A stretch of 64,000 bases of DNA from Mytilus edulis (taxonomy: Eukaryota). Numbering within the stretch: the first letter of the stretch is position 1; every line of letters begins with the position of its first letter. Shown here one piece after another: positions 49,765 to 62,386 of this stretch. The stretch lies in NCBI RefSeq assembly GCF_963676685.1, contig NC_092347.1:82832001-82896000 (forward strand), read 5' to 3'. The position numbers and the translations under genes are program-made. Below the pieces are notes generated by a model that saw nothing but the letters and a program-made list of their open reading frames with translations, did not search any database and was not told the origin of the DNA.

Positions 49765-51720
49765 ATTTGAAAATACAGATTTATTCATCTGATTTCATGC
49801 TCCTGACACTAAACCAATTCAAATGAAGGGGGTTGACCGTTTTGATATGGGATATAAAGAAACAAAACTACGTCTGTATACAAGTTGCATTTCTGTAAAT
49901 ATGGACAATGCAATTTCCCATAGAAACTTCTTTTACGGCGAAAACTGTACCACATTTACTATTAAGTTTTGAAGAAAAAAATACATCCTAGAATGAAAAG
50001 TTCATTTCCACTACTATTTTGTTCAAAGGTCAAAATATAGGGCTGTGCGGCATATGTTCAACGTTTATATGCCCAAAACTTCTACGAGTTTAAACTAATA
50101 CTAAATTTTTTAACTACCCCTACCTTGACTCTAGGATTACCACAGATTTCAATATAAACAATATTCGTATGTATTTTACTGGTAACATTTCCAAGTTATG
50201 TCTCTATGTGATGAACATAGAGATCATAACTGGGAAGCAGTACGTAAACACATAATTAAACACACAATTAATTATCTATGAATATACAACTGTATTTACA
50301 ACCTTTTTAAGGGCAACCTACAGATATTATGCATAGACACTTCAACGCTCATAGTACGTTGAAGAAAAAAACCAGAAAGGTCCATAAGCGGCTTGTTATA
50401 AGGCAAATTATCTACTTTTTTTTCGCATGGCAGTTTGTTGTCCAGGCCACTAGCTTTACAAAACCTATCTTTTGAACACGTAGTCAATCAATTCTCGTCT
50501 TGACTATGTATGAAATATTAATCACTGGATCAACCAAACAACATCAACCGACAATGTTTAAGGTCTTTCACCTAAGTTGGGAATTACCTTATTGTTTTGT
50601 AATTGTTTCTTTTCTTTTAATTCTACAAATTTTTATTTGACGTGGTCTAAGACTATTTAGAAAGGCTTAGTCCATGTGATGCTCCGGGAAAGCCCACAAA
50701 TTGATCCGATGAAGAGGTAAAATAGGAGACGCAAAAATACATGTCTATACTATTCTAATATTAATTGGGTAAGATTAAATGTTGATAAATTTTTCCTTGT
50801 GTAGAAAGTCCATGTACTATTTTTGTATTTGTCTTTGTGAATTGTTTACCTTTACTATTTATTCTTTTTTTAGTAATATCATTTTGGCGTGATATGATAT
50901 TTATATATCCCGAAACTGTGTCATTGTGCTTTGGTCATTTTGTTGTATTCTTGTATGTTATTTTTGCAAATGTGCTCTGTCCTTAGAGTGTTTACATGCC
51001 GTTTTGATTTTTCCTGAGATTTTCCTGAGAATTAAGTATTTTGTTATTTTACATTTCATTGTAAAGTTTATTATATTTGAAATTGACAAACGTTGGTGTT
51101 GACAGTTCAAAAACATTTCGGATCCGAGTATTTTGCCAGGAGTAGAATGAAGATTTTTTTTTTTTTTATATTATTCATAGTAGAAACAATTGCAAATTAT
51201 CCCAAAGACCCAGAAAATAATATCGTTTTACATTTAAGTGCATCCGAGTACAAATATATTATCGGCAGTTACGTACACATCAAGATAAACGTACATGTAT
51301 TCAATGACTTCCCAATGTCACAACAACTATTTTAGTTTGTGGTTTTATTTGTTTATTAAATCGTGCCTGGAAAACTTAATTAGCTGATATTGGTTTGTTC
51401 CTTTTTGATGCCTATAAACATGATAACATCTTAAGTTTCGAAAAGATACTTAGTAGAACAGAATAGAAGTGCATGTGTACGTAATATCCTATTTACTTTA
51501 ATGAAACGATAGACGCATAATCGGGTCATTGACCTACTTGCACTATAGCTGTGTTTTGATATGCTATTATTAACTTGTTATCAACAAGACGTGTATGATA
51601 ATATGTAAACATATTCTTACAAGCAGGTAATATTACAACTTTTATTGTTTCGAAATCAAATTGTTGTAGATTTCTAATATTCTGTTACAGTATTTTCTTT
51701 ATTTTTTAAACATGTTAAAA
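49765..51720 (+). repeat. Diverged segmental duplication (copy 1; copy 2 at ~56370-58320) carrying a probable promoter and non-coding first exon
   Basis: Collinear shared blocks: ctaaaccaattc, atagacactt.aacgctcata, gcggcttgtta.aaggc, catccgagtacaaata, cgatagacgcata..ggtcattgacctac, acatattcttacaagcag|gta. Confidence 0.8.
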
Positions 51721-52194
51721 TGTTAGACTAAAATAATCTGTTTTACTTTTGGGACAAGTTCAATATGTAGAGGACATAATTTTCTATGCATATGTTATGT
51801 TTAAATTCTAAGAATATGTTTCATTGATTAAATTCTTTGTTTTTATTCCATATTATTCCCTTTATTCTTTTCCGTTGACATCGATAAACCACTTGCGATA
51901 AACGCTGGTGAAAACTAACCTTGTTCACGAGGGTCTGCAGGATGGGGTTTGTAGAATAGAGAATAATTGGGATAAAGTGCAGAATAACTAGGCCCAACAA
52001 ATAACAAAATATAATAAAATAGGACAAAAATTACTGAAATTAATCAAAACCTCTAAACCGGAAGTAACTAGGCAAAACAGTTCAAACTTACTTAAAAGAT
52101 AATGATGGGGTGCTTAAATATAACGTTTGAGAGAACAATGGATAAAACAAATAACGGATGAATAGAGTAAAATGACATGTAAAAATGTTTAAAA

Positions 52195-53040
52195 CAGATG
52201 GCATGATCATATGACTTCTCTATGACGGTTCCATGGCATGATCATGTGATATATCTTTGACGATTACATGATCTCATGTTCCTCTTTGTCGATGGCATGA
52301 TCATGTGATATATTTTTTACGATTACATGATCTCATGTTCCTCTTTGGCGATGGCATGATTGTGTGACATATCTTTGACGATTATATGATCTCATGTTTC
52401 TCTTTGTCGATGGTAAGATCATGTGATATATCTTTGACGATTACATGATCTCATGTTCCTTTTTGGCGATGGCATGATAGTGTGATTACTGTTATGGGAT
52501 TAGATGATCTCATGCCTCTCTTTTGCGATGGCATGATCGTGTGATTACTGTTGGGGGATTACATGAACTCATGTTCCTTTTTGGCGATGACATGATTGTG
52601 TGATTACTCTTTTTGGGGATAACATGATCTCATGCTCCTCTATCATGTCTATGGCGATGGCAAGATTTTGTGATTACTCTTTTTTGGAATTACATAATCT
52701 CATGTTCCTCTTTGTCGATGGCATGATTGTGTAAACTATTGTTTAGGGATTAGATGATCTCATGTTCAACTTTGGCGATGGCATGATTGTGTAATTACTC
52801 TTTTTGGGGATTACATGATCTCATGTTCCTCTTTGTCGATGGCATGATCGTGTGATTACTCATTGGCGATGACATGATCTTATGTTCCTCTTTGTCGGTG
52901 ACATGATCTCATGTTCCTCATTGGCGATGGCATGATCGTGTGATTACTCTGTGGCCATGGCATGATCGTGTGATTCCCCTTTGACGATTGCATGATCGTA
53001 TTGTTCCTCTGTGTCGATGGTTTGATCGTGTAGTTCCTCT
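52195..53040. repeat. Degenerate ~29/59-bp minisatellite rich in CATGAT/GATC
   Basis: Repeating gatggcatgatc(a/g)tgtgat... and gattacatgatctcatgttcctctttg subunits. Confidence 0.85.
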
Positions 53041-53294
53041 TAAACTAAAGAATTTGAGAGTTAATGATATAGATTTGGTCGTTTTGACAATCTGAATGAT
53101 TTATTAAGAGGGAAACGCACTGATTGCCTTTGCTTTACATGTGTTTCGACAACCTATATTCTGCTAAATACTAATGGCTTTGTTTTAATTTTTAACTATA
53201 ATTTTAACTGGCTCATGTAACAAACTTAACACATTTATACCAAAACATGCTGTTGTTATTTCAAAAACAAATATTTTTCTTTTTTAGTTTCAAA

Positions 53295-55396
53295 ATGGAC
53301 AGAACGTCAGATGAAGCCTTGCATTGCTGTAAAGTTCCTATATCCAATGGACATCGTACATCTTTGGATGACGGACCACATTACCTGCCATTTTCCAAAA
53401 AATATCTTAGATCTTTTGATCTGTTTTCTTCAATTGAAAAGACAACAGATATAACTCCCGACGAAAATGAAGGTACTTACAATATATATGTTTTGGAATG
53501 CTTTCTGCTCTTTAGCCGGGTTGTTGTCTTTTTGACGTATTCCAAATTTCAACATCAGGAAAAGACTGCCTTAGCTGTATTTGGCAAAATTTTAAAGAAT
53601 TGTTTTGTTCTCCATGCTCTTTCAACTTCGTACTTTATTTTGATTTTTTAACATTTTTTTTATTCTCAATTTTATGTTTATATTTTTTATAAGGGTCAGT
53701 ATGCGTAATTGATTTTCCATAGGCGAAAAAGGTATTGTTTTCTTCTGTAGCTCCGTCCATATCGTAAACATGCATATGTATGATGACTCGTTTTGAATTA
53801 TCACACATGTGGTTAAATTTTCGGGGTACGAAATCGATTCAATTTTCAGTAAATGCACTCCAAAAATCCATTCGTGACGCGGTTCCTCGTGGAAAAAAAT
53901 CCCTTTTTTCACGCAATTCGTTCTTTGATCATTTTTAAAATACTTTGAATACATTGACTTACTATAGTTATACACATTTATTTTATGGTCCTATACTTTC
54001 CAAATCAACACAAATGGTAAAACTCAGTCACTTGTTAACAAAAAGAAACATGTCCAAGATCCCTACACAGATGTTGTTTGTTTTTTGTTTACGCGCACCT
54101 TTTGTGTTCCTTAATTTGAAACACATAAGGGATATTATTACCCCATGTATATTAAACTGAATATATAGTGTCTGATTGCTAATGAATTTTTATTTTTGAC
54201 AAAAATCAAATGAAGGTAAGTGAATCAATTTAAATGGGACGTTGACTGCACGGTGTTTTAGAATGGACAAAGCCATCTGTAATAAATTTGACACAAAACT
54301 TCTGATTCCCTGTTATCCTAATATTTTCTGGTTTTTGCTCATACATGTCTTTTTAGTTAAAGACAATTTCGTGAAAGTAAAGTCGTATGCATACGTCTGT
54401 AGTAGTCTCATCTTCATAATTTTCTCTATTGTAGATACTACCAATTTAACCTTCAGGCCAAGAGTAAATTCATGTCCACAGACTTTCAAAACTAGAAATA
54501 ATAAACAACATGCAATTTCTGACGAAGTTAGTAGGCTAGGACTAACTGCTGAAACAGTGTATGATGATTTCAAATCGGAAATTGACGAAAATGAAAGTTA
54601 TTTGGACGAAAATAACGACAGTCGTTTTTCGACAGAATATACAGGACGTAAATTGTTGAAAGATGTCCAAAATGTGACAAATTGTTCAATTTCAAGGGAA
54701 GAAAAAAAATTAAGAGAGAAAACTGCAGAGGAAATTAAAAAAGACAATATAGGCAGACGGCTTAGCGAATTTGGACACTTCGATATATTAGATTTAAATA
54801 ACATAGCCGATATTCCAGGCAAATCATCTACTAGCACAGCATTACAGAAAGCGAAAGATTGTAATAGATATCAAGATACCTTGGGATTATTGTGGTTGAA
54901 TGAAGACACTTTATCATTCAGCTCACCAGAAATGGTGGATGGAGAAGGTAAAACAAATAGTACAGAATCCGGATGGTCAAGTGATCCTGGTGATCGACAG
55001 AAAATAAGACATAAAAAAAGACTATCAAAGAAAAGAGCGCAAAAACAGATCGCAGGGGAACGTTCTAACATTGACGATACCAAATCTTTTCAAGTTCAAC
55101 CTGAAAATGAACAAAGAACAGTTGACATTGAAGGTCAAGTAGTGACAATAAAACATTCTACACACACAACTGAGACTAACAACTCCTCTGAAGACCAAAA
55201 CATATCAAATGTGAAAACTTTGAAAAATAAGACAAATACAGGATCGAAACACGTGACAGCCGAACATCACGATAGTAATGAAGAGGATATGCATGAACAC
55301 GCTTCTTTTCAGAAACAAACATTACAATGGGTCACGACTAGCAAGGTCCGACAAAGTGGACGTGAACAAAACATGCTTTCTCAGCCAACCTTTTAA
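53295..55396 (+). CDS. Uncharacterised ~379-aa hydrophilic, probably disordered protein (2 coding exons)
   Basis: Acceptor at 53287, ATG at 53295, exon to 53472 (GAA G|gt). Acceptor at 54434 and exon 54435-55396 in matching phase 1, ~320 open codons in AT-rich DNA. AATAAA near 56089. Probable non-coding exon 1 ending ~51627. Confidence 0.7.
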
Positions 55397-58300
55397 TGTT
55401 TTTTCAATAATGTTCCGAGTATGTTAATCCTTTGATATTGATTTGTTCATGTTAAAGAGTTATGTATTGTTACTTCCATGACTTCGAGAAGAGTCGAATT
55501 TGTGTTTTGTACAAATGAGTGGGAAGAACAGTTCATGGAGTTTCTTCATTTGCTATTCTGTAATTGTACGAATACCAGGTTTATAATGATGAATAGCAAT
55601 TTTAACTTTTGCTTCTGATTGTTCTAATGAGGGCTCTCAATATTTTCCCATTGATTGTTCTGAATGTTCCACATTATTGTTGAGGTTTTTATTAATTGCT
55701 AAATACCACATAATCATGTTATTTGATCATATTTACATAAACCCAAATTAACTTTCAATAAGCGCAATATTTCTCCTGCTTGAGTTCTATCCCAAGATTA
55801 TTTGAAGCCCACTTAAACTGCTGGTTGTAAATTGAAGTTTAAAAAAAAAATTTGTAATGCAAAACATACAATCACAATTAAAGTAAGATAAAACAAAATT
55901 TTGCATGTATCTACATCATTTTCGAATCGGAAGCTTCCCTTCACCCAGTCAACGTGTTACTGGCATAAGAATGAAATTTGTACATCATGTACGTTGGAGC
56001 TGGACAAATTATATACATAATACATGTTTTCATGATATTGTTTTATTTATTATTTATCATTGAAGGTCTTTTATCATCTTATTCTGTAAATAAATTAAAG
56101 AAATAATTTAATATAAATAGAAAAAAAAACATTGTTATGTTATCTATGAGTTGATGTAGCCAAGTAATCTACCATAAGAGAGCGAATTTGCATGATTTTA
56201 ATGATAACATAGCTCTTACTTCATGAAAAGTTATATAAGCTGAGATTTTAATTCCTTGTTCTCATATGCATACATATTTTTCTAGGCAAAAGCTTGTGTG
56301 TATTTGCAAATGGCTCTTGTAGGCACTTTTGCAAAATAACATTCTCCAAAAAAAAATGTGCCTGAGGTTGACTTGGAAATACAGATATAATCATCAGACT
56401 TTATGCTAGTAACCCTAAACCAATTCGAATGCAGAGGGGTTGTCTGTTTTCAGTACGGTACTGTATGTATAAATGCATGGATACGTCGGGTTGTATATGG
56501 AAACTATATCCGATTAATAGACACTTTAACGCTCATATCACGTTGAAAACACTTTGAGGGTCATATGCGGCTTGTTACAAGGCCAAAAAAATACTATGTT
56601 TTAACATATCAGTTTGTTGTCCTTCATCCCGACCACCAACTTTGCAAAACCGAGCTATCGGACACATTGCTAATCTTTTGACGTTAACAATCGACCAACA
56701 CTGTATTAAGGTCTTTCCACTTATTGATTTTTTTCTTTTCATTCTTTCATACTTTTGATAATGCCTCTCCCATTGTGTTTATCTTTTCCCAAACTCCTGT
56801 CCCTATTTTCAAAGGGTTTAGTTCATATGACGGGAAACCCCATACTTTGATCGTAAAAAGAAGTAAAATAACTACATGTTGCATTGAGAAATTAGATGAA
56901 ATAGTGAAGAGCTAGTCAATTTTAATGTATTTTTGAGTAAATTTAACGTTGGCAAATTTTCCCATATGAAGAAAGCCCATGTATAGAAATAGAGAAACAT
57001 CAATCTGTTCAAGAACTCGTTTTATTTTAAGTTATACAAGTAAAGTTTCTATGTACTGAAGTTTTGTATTATCTTAATTGCGTATTTTGGTGTTCTTTTG
57101 TATTTGTTTTTGTATATTTTTAACCTTTACTGTTATTCAGTTTTTGGTAATATCCCATTGGCATGGCTCAGAATTTATACATTCCCCACTGTGTTATTGT
57201 GCTTTTGTCATTTTGCTGTATTCAAATTGTCTTTCATTTTCGCATATATGTGCTTTGTCTATAGAGTATTTTCGTGACTTGCGTTTTTCTTTGTTGACAT
57301 AGTTTGTTATATAAGGATAAAGATTATAACACAGTATTGACGGCTTCGTACCAAACTTTATCTATTATAAATAAAAAAAAGAAGTTGTGGTATAAATGCC
57401 AATGAGACAACTCTACAAAATAGAACAAATGTCCCTTTGATTTATTCACATGTCGTTGTCAATATAATGAAATTTTATGCGACAGCTATAAAAGTGAGAG
57501 GTAAAGCTAGCTATAAAACTAGGTTTGATTCACCATGTTTTACATGAAATACCTGAGTATACTAAGTTAGGAAAATGAGATTTGTTTTTCATTCGTTTGA
57601 TGCAATTGAGCGTTTGATTTTGCCATTTGACAAGGGACTTTTCGTTTTCAAATTTCCTTTGAGTTTTGTATTTTTGGTATTAAATTTTCATTCCATTGTA
57701 GAATTAATGATGTTTAATTTAAACAACCTTTGCTGTTGATATGGATATTTTTTTTAATCCGAGTATTGTGCCAGCAGTAATAAATTCTTGTTTAAAATTA
57801 TACATAGAAGCTTTACTTAGAAAACTCTTACAAAATATCCGTAAGATCCAGAAAATAATATCGTTTCACCTCTTAGCACATCCGAGTACAAATAAAATAT
57901 CGGCAGTCACGCACACATCAAATTAAATGTATTCAATGAGTTCCCAATGTCACTATAACCAGTTTAGTGTGGTTTTTGTTGGTTTTTATAAATCGACTGG
58001 TAAACTCAGCTGATATTGGTTGTTCATTGTTGGTGTTTATAGTATACACATATTAAAAGTTTCGACTTTTATACTAAGTAAAATTGGATAGAAGTGTGTA
58101 CGTATTATAAACTTCTACATTAACATCCTTGTTACTTTAATGAATCGATAGACGCATACGGTCATTGACCTACACGATTCGCCGTGTTTTGATATTATCT
58201 TCTTATTAACTGGACTTGGATAATAATATGTTTACATATTCTTACAAGCAGGTATTGTTTTGAAATCACATAATTGTAGATTTCAAAAATTCGTTTACAG

Positions 58301-58949
58301 TATTTTCTTTATTTTTCTAAATGCATAATTTATATTTAAATAATATGCATTGTTTTATTTATTAGATTATTTGTTTCTATTTAAGTCATAGTGTTCTCTT
58401 AAAAGACTTAGCTGATAAAGGTATTATTGATAAAATTGAGAATGGAAATGGGGAATGTGTCAAAGAGACAACAACCCGCCCAAATAAAAAACAACAGCAG
58501 AGGGTCACCAACAGGTCTTCAATGTAGCGAGAAATTCCCGCACCCGGAGGCGTTCTTCAGCTGGCCCCTAAACAAATATATACTAGTCCAGTGATAATGA
58601 ACGCCATACTAATTTCCAAATTGTACACAAGAAACTAAAATTAAAATAATACAAGACTAACAAAGGCCAGAGGCTCCTGACTTGGGACAGGCGCAAAAAT
58701 GCGGCGGGGTTAAACATGTTTGTGAGATGATAAATGATCTGATAAATAATGAGGGTAAATCAATGTCTTTTGAGCAATACCAATATATTAATGAAATTAA
58801 ATCTAACTCTCTGGTTTAAAATTGGGTTCTATCAGCAATAAAATCATATCAAAGTTCTCTCAAACATTATATCCCTTTGGACAGTCTTGATTAAATTAAT
58901 GGACTACTTCAAATAAAATAAGAACACTTTTTTTTTTATCGTATAAAAG

Positions 58950-59500
58950 GCTCAAAAGATGTGTAAATATGATGTTTTTATTAGAAAAAAAACACGGTAA
59001 AAGGCTAAACGGTAAAGATAAATGGTCTCTAAGATTGAATAAAAATTTTGATTGTGAAAAGTGCAAATATGTCTTTTTACACCACTAAAAACTCAAAACA
59101 TCATTGTTTCCAATACAGAATAGTACGCAGAATCATAGGCAAAAATGAATGTTTATTATATCAAAATTAAGATACAACAAACATATAAATGTACTTTCTG
59201 TAATGAAGCTATTGAAGATATTAGGCACATATTTTGACATTCTATAAAATATCAGATTTATGGATTAAACTATGTGATTGAATTTATAACCAAACACAAA
59301 TAATAATTCTATTTAATACTGATATTGTTTTATTTGGAAATTTAAGAAAAAAAGGCAATAATAAGATAAAAAACATTATTATAATTATTTATTTAGACAC
59401 TTTAAAAAAAAAATATTTATAGCTAGGACACAAATTTGTGAAAATCAGGTAAATTTTATCGGACTGCAAAATTACCTAATCAATCTCTTACACTAGAAAA
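58950..59500 (+). mobile_element. Degenerate L1/Tx1-like ORF2 3' end (zinc-binding region)
   Basis: Broken frames give FQYRIVRRIIG and KCTFCNEAIEDIRHIF, resembling the zf-RVT motif. Confidence 0.5.
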
Positions 59501-59510
59501 TAATACATCA

Positions 59511-61370
59511 TTTTTAGCTCACCTGGCCCGAAGGGCCAAGTGAGCTATTCCCATCACTTTGCGTCCGGCGTCCGTCGTCGTCGTCCGTCGTCGTCGTCCG
59601 TCGTCCGTCGTCCGTCGTCCGTCGTCCGTCGTCGTCGTCCGTCGTCGTTAACTTTTACAAAAATCTTCTCCTCTGAAACTACTGGGCCAAATCAAACCAA
59701 ACTTGGCCACAATCATCATTGGGGTATCTAGTTTAAAAAATGTGTGGCGTGACCCGGTCAACCAACCAAGATGGCCGCCACGGCTAAAAATAGAACATAG
59801 GGGTAAAATGCAGTTTTTGGCTTATAACTCAAAAACCAAAGCATTTAGAGCAAATCTGACATGGGGTAAAAATGTTTATCAGGTCAAGATCTATCTGCCC
59901 TGAAATTTTCAGATGAATCGGTCAATCGGTTGTTGGGTTGCTGCCCCTGAATTGGTAATTTTGAGGAAATTTTGCTGTTTTTGGTTATTATCTTGAATAT
60001 TATTATAGATAGAGGTAAACTGTAAACAGCAATAATGTTCAGCAAAGTAAGATCTACAAATAAGTCAACATGACCAAAATGGTCAGTTGACCCGTTTAGG
60101 AGTTATTGCCCTTTATAGTCAATTTTTAACCATTTTTCGTTAATTAAAGTAATCTTTTACAAAAATCTTCTCCTCTGAAACTACTGGGCCAAATTAATCC
60201 AAACTTGGCCACAATCATCTTTGGGGTATCTAGTTTAAAAAATGTGTGGCATGAATTGGTCAACCAACCAAGATGGCCGCCACGGCTAAAAATAGAACAA
60301 AGGGGTAAAATGCAGTTTTTGGCTTATAACTCAAAAACCAAAGCATTTTGAGGAAATCTGACATGGGATAAAAATGTTTATCAGGTCAAGATCTATCTGC
60401 CCTGAAATTTTCAGATGAATCGGTCAATCGGTTGTTGGGTTGCTGCCCCTGAATTGGTAATTTTGAGGAAATTTTGCTGTTTTTGGTTATTATCTTGAAT
60501 ATTATTATAGATAGAGATAAACTGTAAACAGCAATAATGTTCAGCAAAGTAAGATCTACAAATAAGTCAACCTGACCAAAATGGTCAGTTGACCCGTTTA
60601 GGAGTTATTGCCCTTTATAGTCAATTTTTAACCATTTTTCGTAAATTAAAGTAATCTTTTACAAAAATCTTCTCCTCTGAAAATACTGGGCCAAATTAAT
60701 TCAAACTTGGCCACAATCATCTTTGGGGTATCTAGTTTAAAAAATGTGTGGCATGACCTGGTCAACCAACCAAGATGGCCGCCACCGCTAAAAATAGAAC
60801 ATAGGGGTAAAATGCAGTTTTTGGCTTATAACTCAAAAACCAAAGCATTTTGAGGAAATCTGACTCGGAATAAAAATGTTTATCAGGTCAAGATCTATCT
60901 GCCCTGAAATTTTCAGATGAATCGGTCAATCGGTTGTTGGGTTGCTGCCCCTGAGTTGGTAATTTTGAGGAAATTTTGCTGTTTTTGGTTATTATCTTGA
61001 ATATTATTATAGATAGAGATAAATTGTAAACAGCAATAATGTTCAGCAAAGTAAGATCTACAAATAAGTCAACATGACCAAAATGGTCAGTTGACCCCTT
61101 AAGGAGTTATTGCCATTTATAGTCAATTTTTAACAATTTTCATTAATTTGGTAAATTTATGTAAATTTTTACCAAATATAGTTCTCTGTTACTAATGGGC
61201 AAAGTTCATTATAGATATAATTGTAAGAAGCAAAATCGTTCAGTAAAGAAAGAACTTCAAACACATCACCATCACCAAAATACAATTTTGTCATGAATCC
61301 ATTTGTGTCCTTTGTTTAATATGCACATAGACCAAGGTGAGCGACACAGGCTCTTTAGAGCCTCTAGTTT
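59511..61370 (+). mobile_element. Helentron-type non-autonomous element (HINE/pearl-like) with internal ~502-bp tandem array
   Basis: 5' tttttAGCTCACCTggcccgaagggccaagTGAGCT, a (CGTC/CGT)n microsatellite, three ~502-bp units (starts 59653, 60155, 60657), 3' subterminal repeat AGGTGAGC plus hairpin AGGCTCTttAGAGCCT, T-run flanks. Confidence 0.88.
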
Positions 61371-61475
61371 TTAAAGTGACCCTTTTGACATAGCCAATAT
61401 ATATATATGTTGAGACCATTGGCTTCCAATACTAGAATATTTTTATTTTAAAATAATAGGTACTTTGTATACCTG

Positions 61476-62386
61476 GGGCCGTGTCAATGAAAGTATCCTA
61501 GGATATGTCCTAAGATATGTCTTAGGACATTATTTAGGATGGTCTTAGGACGTGTCTGAGACATGTCTTAGGATGTAAAACAAAGCTGTCTTAGGGCAGT
61601 CCTAACTACGATGGTCATAGGACCATCCTAACACATTTATTCAATTGGAAAAAAAGGTAGAGATGTCTATGACATAGATTTTATTGTATTTTAGTATCTA
61701 TATGTAAAGAGAGAGAGGACGACTCTTGTAGAGAAAACAATTAACGCAAAATAAAAGTTAAAGATTTAAAGTAATACTAATAAATACGTTATTAAATATG
61801 ATAACAGATATAAAAGAATCTAATACGAAAACAAAAGTAAATAGTCACAAAACTTTGTTAAATGCAATATCCGTGCTGCAATTTTAGTACATGAACTATT
61901 TTTGTCGTTAGGTCCTCTCGATTTCATTACATATATCGAATCAGGATTAGTTAGAAAAAAGAATTAATATTTTCCCATATTTAAATTAATATTGCACCGT
62001 TTTGGTTATGCTCAAAAATATATTGCTGATGATGATACATGTAGTCAGTAGTATTTTGTAGGCTTTAAAAAAGGCAGCACGAAATAATTTAATGTAATAA
62101 AATTGAATCTTTAACAAAATTGAAAAATATTTTGTTTTATTAATCTAATTATAATAACAGTATGATAGTTTAATATAGTATTGAGTTTATGCCATATATT
62201 TTGTTTTATTACCTTTTAGGACATTGTAACCTTTAGGACTATTCTAAGACACCTATTTGTATATCCTAACTTTAAGACCAAATTTAGGACATATCTTATT
62301 TTAGGACACTTTCGTTAACCTGACTTAGGACTAAGACGTATCCTAAGACATGTCCTGGTCCTAGGACAGCTTCGTTGACACGGCCC
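61476..62386. mobile_element. PIF/Harbinger-like MITE
   Basis: TIRs GGGCCGTGTCAA / TTGACACGGCCC, 3-bp TSD CTG, many subterminal TC(C/T)TA(A/G)GA motifs. Confidence 0.8.

Noticed and set aside
54242-54434. Hydrophobic N-terminus of the 384-aa ORF as a transmembrane segment
   Set aside because: It lies upstream of a good acceptor at 54434 and starts at a non-ATG codon, so it is most likely intron read-through.
59540-59731. Arg/Ser-rich ORF
   Set aside because: Translation of the (CGTC)n microsatellite inside the Helentron-type element.
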